Below, piece by piece: positions 58,383 to 64,000 of a stretch of 64,000 nt of DNA (its first letter is position 1; each line of letters begins with the position of its first letter). This DNA is from a virus. Under the pieces are notes generated by a model. That model saw nothing but the letters and a program-made list of their open reading frames with translations, did not search any database and was not told the DNA's origin. The translations under genes were made by a program, and so were the position numbers. Where the stretch lies: IMG/VR virus record IMGVR_UViG_3300043640_000137, positions 24,525-88,524 of that record; one strand, given 5' to 3'.

Positions 58383-59148
58383 CACACGCTCCCGGATTCG
58401 GTGGAACCTTGTTGCACGGCGTTCTCGCTCCGCGCGTCCTTCAGAACCTTTATGCTCTCTCGCAGCCATTGCCAGCCGGCCGTCATGCTGCCCTTGCACT
58501 CGGGTTCGAAGAGCACGATTGCGAGCGCGAGAAGCTCTTCCATGTCCGTCGCCGCGCCAATCAGGTTGGCGTTCGCAACCGCCTGTCCCGGCAACAGGTG
58601 CGAGCGGTCGGTGTCCGTAACCAGCACGCCGTTTGCATCTCGAATGACGGTGACTTGAACGGTCCAAGGACCGGGTGAATGTTTAACGGGCATCGTTCGA
58701 CTCCTTGCACTCGGCTTCGTTATCGGTGTCGCGCGATATGCGGTCGCGCGGTACGCCTAGCTCGTCTGCCATCTCTGCCGCCGATTGCTGCGCCCATTTT
58801 TCCAAGGTCGCCGCTGGCACGGGCCGGTCATTCACGGCGACCGATTGAGAGTCGAGCGGATGGTCGCCGGCCGTGTATTCTTTGACGGGCTGGCCGTCGC
58901 GCCCGTATGCCGTGACCGCGTAGCCGTGGCCGGTCAGGTACCATTGAACGAAGGGCTTCATTGCCAATCCCCGTATCCCGCGCAATCGGGCTGCGGCTCT
59001 TCGCTGTCTTCCGCTTCCATCGCGTCAAGCCAGCCGTGAATCCACGCGTAGCTGTTCTCCGCTTTCGAGGAAGATTCGGACGCGTACCGGCCATCGACTC
59101 CGGCCATGCACGCTTGCCAGCCCGCGACATACGCTTGCGCTTCGGTTG

Positions 59149-59850
59149 TCATGACCGCGCCCATCGTTGCTTAACCACAAGGTCACAATCGGAATAGATA
59201 TCGGTAAGCTCCGCGAGCAAGGCTGCGCATTCATCCGGCGTTGCGTTGCGCGTCTCATTAAACCAAGAGCGCGAGCATTCCGAGTGCTGGCCGATGTGCG
59301 CGTAGCACACGGCCATTCCGGGGTTGGCGCTCAGCGTAGGGAACACGGCGCTAACGTCGCCCTTGAACTTACCGGCGCACTCCACACGGAATAGAACCGG
59401 AAGCTTCTCTTTGCCTGACGCGGCCTTGCGCGGTTGAGTCGTTCTGTCGCTGACGATGGCGCCAGTCCTGCCAATCGTGACGCGCTGGTTAAAGCGATGC
59501 TTCCCTGCCGGCGTTATGAGCCGAAAGCCGCGAACGGACTCAACCCGGTATCCGGGGCGATGCTCTGTCAGCGCTTCATTCATCCGGCCGCGCGTCAACA
59601 TGCTATAGAAGCCGCCGCTGTCGAGCGTCACGTTGCCGCGTGGATCACGCGTGAAGATGTCGGTGGAGTGAAGGCGCACGCGGAGCGTTTCGTCGCTCAG
59701 CCTATATTCGATTGTGTTCCGCGCCACGATCCGCGACGTGATCACTTCGCAAGGCTTGCCGCTTGCCTGTATCTCGCTCGCGATCTCGGCGAGCATGCCC
59801 TTCTTACTCTTGCGCGCGATGGCTTGCGCGGAATACTGACCGTAACCCAT
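59149..59850 (-). CDS. Phage early protein (two-domain hypothetical)
   Basis: 'RLHSTDI..LDSGG..LTRGRMN' plus 'AVFP..CYAHIGQHS'. Confidence 0.5.
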   Translation of the reverse strand: MGYGQYSAQAIARKSKKGMLAEIASEIQASGKPCEVITSRIVARNTIEYRLSDETLRVRLHSTDIFTRDPRGNVTLDSGGFYSMLTRGRMNEALTEHRPGYRVESVRGFRLITPAGKHRFNQRVTIGRTGAIVSDRTTQPRKAASGKEKLPVLFRVECAGKFKGDVSAVFPTLSANPGMAVCYAHIGQHSECSRSWFNETRNATPDECAALLAELTDIYSDCDLVVKQRWARS

Positions 59851-60099
59851 GACATCAATCTCGCTATCGCTTTCGGGCGATGCGGGAGGCGCTGGTATCA
59901 CGCCTCCGCGCAGTCTTGCCCGGATTGAAACTCTTTCTCTCAGTGGATTGCGCGCTTGCGCTGCGGTCTACATGATCGGCTCCCGTTCTCTCTCGCTTCC
60001 TTGAAAGAGACAGTAGAGCTACTTTCCGTGGCTGTCAAAAAGAAAATGTAGCTCGGCGAATATATTCGTCGTTAATTTCTTAACCTATATCCGGCCATG

Positions 60100-60129
60100 A
60101 AAAAAGGCGCCTCGATTTCTCGGGGCGCC
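60100..60129 (-). terminator. Rho-independent terminator
   Basis: - strand GGCGCCCCGA-GAAA-TCGAGGCGCC-TTTTTT. Confidence 0.7.
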
Positions 60130-60740
60130 CTCTGCCGGAAGCATGCTTTTCTAAGGCATGCTTTTTTTTTCTATCACTTATCTAGGCATAGATCAGCCCA
60201 TCGTCGCCTCGGTCGCTGGCGTGGTCGCATCGCCCATGTTCAAGTTGTTGTCTTTCCAGTAGCGGAGCACGTTGCAACCGACCTTTCGCTGCACAGCCTT
60301 AGCGCATAGCTCTTCAAGCTCTGCATCAATCGCTTCTGTGATCTGGCCCGAGCTTGGTTCTGCCGCCGCTAGTAGCGTATAGTCGAAGCGGAAGACGGCA
60401 AAATCATCGCCCGCAACGCTTGCCTCGAACGCATAGGCTTTGTCCGCTTCCTCCGCCGTGTGCCACCAATCGAAGCCGCCGCCGCCTGCCCGTGGACCGG
60501 GATTGACGTACTCCGTCGCGACGCAATAGACCTTCTTCCCTGTCATGACGATAGACCTCTCTTTGCTGATTCGGTGGAACCGTGCTGCACGTCAAATAAA
60601 TCCCAAGCTTGATCGACGCGTTCCAAGATTCGGTGGAACCTCGCTGCACGCCGGCCCGATTCGGTGGAACCACGCTGCACGGCGCCACCGTCCGCGCTCG
60701 CGCTCGATCTCTCGCTTTTGAGATAATTCCGCTCGATCGG

Positions 60741-60817
60741 TAAGGTTAACGATCCATTAAGGTTAACGCGCATTAAGGTTAACGATCCATTAAGGTTAAC
60801 GCGCATTAAGGTTAACG
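60741..60817. promoter_or_regulatory. TAAGGTTAAC x5 array containing CtrA-type TTAA-N7-TTAA boxes
   Basis: Copies at 60741, 60758, 60774, 60791 and 60807; TTAACGATCCATTAA at 60746 and 60779. Confidence 0.65.
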
Positions 60818-63800
60818 CCCGGCCAGCTTTCATTTACCATTCCTCGCCGCGAGCGCGGCTACCGCTTCCGGCGCCGTGTCTCTGCCGCCTGCCCGTAGGA
60901 TGTCCGATATCGCCGCTAGGACTGCGCTAGGCGTCTTTCCCGCGCGCTCGCGCATCGTGCCTGCTATCCGGTCTAGGGCGCCACATGCCGCCATGCGCTC
61001 CGCTCCGCCGCGATCAAGCTCGCCTAGGAAGCCTGCCGCTAGGTGCTGGCGTATGCCGGCGCCCATATGCGGCCGTTGCTCGATTGTGTACCGTGCCTTG
61101 CCCGTGTCCGCATCATAGGCGACATCCACGGATATCGCACCGCGCCACGATGTAGCCAGCGTGCGCAACCCTGTCTTTTTGTCACCTATGCGCGAGACTG
61201 TCCCGGTTCCGCCGCGAAGCGCGCGGCCGGTAACGCTTCCCTTAAATTCTGCCATGCCTCGACTCCTTGGGGCGAATGGTCGCCCGGTATCGTTTCGTCG
61301 CCGCAAGGGAAGCTCGCCTAGCGCGTTCTGCTATGCCATAGCCAGATTGCTACGCCTCCCAGACTTCGCGCCCCTTGGCCTTCCCTTGCGATCTAGCGGT
61401 TCAAGTGACCGTGCGAGCCGAGATAGCCCGGCCTGCCGGCAATCGCCCCGTTAGCATCGTGACGCGGTGCCGGCGACGCGAGTTGCTCGCCTATGGCCTT
61501 TAGCATTGCATCCCTAAGCCGGTCAGAGAATGCCGCCATGATCGCCGCGCGCGGAGTGGTGCCGGCCGCGATGTCGCGATCCACTTCCTCAATCCGCGCT
61601 TAGGTATTGCGACAAGGCATAGTGATTGAACGGCACTCGGCGCCGTGCTGCGCTCGCTTCCTGGCGCGCATCAAAGCGCGTTGCAGCGTGAACTAGCGCG
61701 GCGTGTATCGTGCCGCCGAATAGCTTGAACGGTTCCGCTGTCATATGTCTATCCCGCGTCGCTCCGCTTCGCCGCGCGCAATCTCCGCGTATTCATCACG
61801 GCCGGCGCCGGACTCCTTTTCATAAACGCCGCGAACTTGTGAGTCCGTGCATTGCCGGCAATAAAGCCGGAACCCTTCTCTATCGCGCCGTGTCATGCGG
61901 CTGACCCCTTAGAAATAACCCGGATCGTCGGCAACGGCGCCGACATTATCGGCAATCCAGCAACTAGCCGCGCTGATAAAGTCTAACGCTTTGGCGTTGC
62001 ACGATGGACAATCGATCGTGCCATCTGTGCCCAAATGATCATCTTCGCATTCGAAGCCGTCAGGCATGCCGTGCCAGCCGAAATTTCGCGCGACACTGGG
62101 ATAGTCCCATTCCGCTTGCACTAGAATCGTGTTGCTTTCGTCGCGTGCATCGTGAGTCCCGTCTGCCCGCTCGCGCGCAATGATGTAGCAGCAAGGCGCG
62201 AAGCTTGAGTCGCGGCATAGGTGAATGAGGCTCACTTGCTCGACTCCTCTTGCTGGCAAAACTCGGCGGCAAGTTTTGTCTGTATCTCGCGCTCGCTTAG
62301 CATCCCGGACGCGCGACACGCGACACCGTGCGGCTTATCGTGCGGTTTCATCGTGCCGAAGCCCTTAGCGCCGCAATGCGGGCACTTCCAAATGGTGACG
62401 CTCATTTGTAAACCGCGATTCCGTTTGAGTAGCAGGACTCCACGCTGGCGCCTTCCCGGATATCGCCCGGCCGAAGGATATAGAGCGCGGCGCCGCGCGG
62501 GTCGCCTTGAATGTAGAAACTCAGAGTCGGATATCGCGCCATGATCGCCGCAAGGCGTTTCAGCGCCCCTGACTCTCTGTCACCTATCGACTCATACTTC
62601 GCGACATTGAGGCCATGGACGTGCCGCTCTAGGAAGGGCTTGCCCTTCTCGTCATGAATAAACGTGCCGTTCTCTTTTCGGCCGCGCGTTATGACCCATG
62701 ACGAATAGTCATTCGAGTCGCCGCACTCTAGTTCATGCCAGCGATGCAACGTCATGGACACGCGGCGAAGCGCTTGTGCATCGTCATACGCGATGCCGGC
62801 CGCTATCAGTCTGTCAACGCAATCGGAAAGGCTCATGCTTCGACTCCTACTTTGCGCGCGCGGCAGAACGAAAGCCGCATGCGACCGACTTTGAAAAACC
62901 ATATCCCGCCAACCTTGCGCGCGGACGGCGCAAGCGCCTTTAGCTTCGCGCTCATTTTCCCGACTCCTCAGTAAAGACGGACTCGGCCAGTGCCTTGGCG
63001 CCTTTAGCGCTTTCGCAAAGCTGCCCGTAAACGTCGCGGCCGAAACGCGAGATCGTACTCGCGCCGTCCCAAACGCTCGCGCCCGCATGCCATTTCGTGC
63101 CGCGCGCGGCCCTCTCGCCGAATAACCCTTTAGTGTGTTCCGGCGCCGCGAATAACGTAACATTAGCGCCCATTTCGGCGCGCCATCCTGCGCCGTCTTT
63201 AAGCCATGGGAACGTGCTACTAGCCGTATCCGACTCCTAGCTAAGAATGGTTGCCAAGTCCGCCGCGTCTTGCGCGGCTCGCTCCGCTTCGATGCTTCGC
63301 GCGGTTGCCGCGTAGTCCCTCGCCGCGCGCAAAGCGATATCGTGCGACTCAACCGTGTATCGATAGATCGCCGCGACGATTGACTCCGCACCATCGAGCA
63401 TGTTGCAAGCCAAGCCTGCCGCGACAAGCTCGCGCGAAGCGGCATGGAACGCATTACCTATCGCCGCTTGCGTTGCTTCCGGCGCCGCCGCGAGCATACG
63501 CGCCCAATGCTTATCAACATTAGTTAGGCTCATTTACATCGACTCCAAGGCTTCGATTTCCCGCCGCGCTTCCTTAGCCGCGCCGGCAGAGTCGCAGTCC
63601 CAAGAGACAACCATTTTTTCCCAAGCTATGCAAGCCGGGCGATTCATAGATCGTGACGGATGCGCCGCGCTTCGTGCCGCCTGGAATCGTGTATCGTTGA
63701 ATGTAGGCGACGTGCCGCGCCGTGCGGATAGCGCGGCTCATTCGTCAACCCGCGCAACAAGGTTAGACGCGGTAGGGCATCCCGAGCCCGCGCCGTCGCT

Positions 63801-64000
63801 CATGCGAAAAAGCGCCGTTGCCTTCTCGTCGCCGATTGAGACGCATTGCAGGTATGGACCGTCACTATAGGTGTAGGGCCTTGATAGCGCGCGCCAGCGC
63901 ACGCCCCGATTATCGATGTACGCGCAACCCGGCTCGACTCTCACGCCATTAGCCCGTGGCGGCGACGGGAAAAGACCCGTGTTGTTTTTCACTTGCTCGA

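Larger units (their letters stand above)
27666..60038 (-). promoter_or_regulatory. Family of leftward sigma70-like promoters with AGCTAC-N5-GTAGCT operators
   Basis: TTGAC(A)-type -35 boxes near 27689, 30689, 36936, 39844, 43504, 46175, 50277, 51979, 53825 and 60033, each with a full or half palindrome. Confidence 0.75.
48914..60681 (-). repeat. Dispersed 21-bp asymmetric repeat, 14 copies
   Basis: TCGGTGGAACCTTGCTGCACG (+ strand) at 48914, 54470, 54792, 54825, 55903, 56272, 56535, 56911, 57650, 57929, 58398, 60571, 60630 and 60661. Confidence 0.95.

Noticed and set aside
48914-60681. CRISPR array or parS sites from the 21-bp repeat
   Set aside because: Spacing ranges from 31 bp to kilobases with genes in between, and there is no cas operon. 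The motif shares only GTTCCAC with parS and is not palindromic.
60543-60833. 96-aa ORF with LTLMRVNLNGS repeats
   Set aside because: It is probably a translation of the regulatory repeat array rather than a real protein.

Overview
A 64-kb, GC-rich segment of a temperate tailed (siphovirus-type) phage genome, most likely infecting an alphaproteobacterium. The host inference rests on a GTA-like tail tip, a tRNA-Pro(CGG) attP, a SciP homologue and CtrA-type boxes. The + strand (1-18.9 kb) carries the tail module and lysis genes: tail tube, frameshifting tail chaperones, tape measure, Dit/hub/NlpC/tail tip, fibres, holin candidate, overlapping spanins and GH108 endolysin. An intact attP (tRNA 3' end, arm repeats, IHF site) lies at 19.5-19.7 kb. 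The - strand (19.8-64 kb) carries integrase/excisionase, a nucleotide-metabolism cluster, RuvC, two DNA methyltransferases, family A DNA polymerase, SSB, Cas4-like nuclease, SNF2 helicase, primase-helicase and many small early genes. Main findings: (1) a TIGR-Tas-like RNA-guided locus at 50.3-52.0 kb, with a Nop/IS110-like protein and five stem-loop units of the form GCAA-N9-TGATAGCAA-N9-TG; (2) a DNA polymerase intein whose homing endonuclease is encoded in an overlapping, different reading frame; (3) a 21-bp asymmetric repeat present 14 times in one orientation across the early region; (4) a phage SciP homologue plus an array of CtrA-like boxes; (5) a genome-wide promoter/operator family. 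All product calls come from motif recognition by eye; no database search was run.
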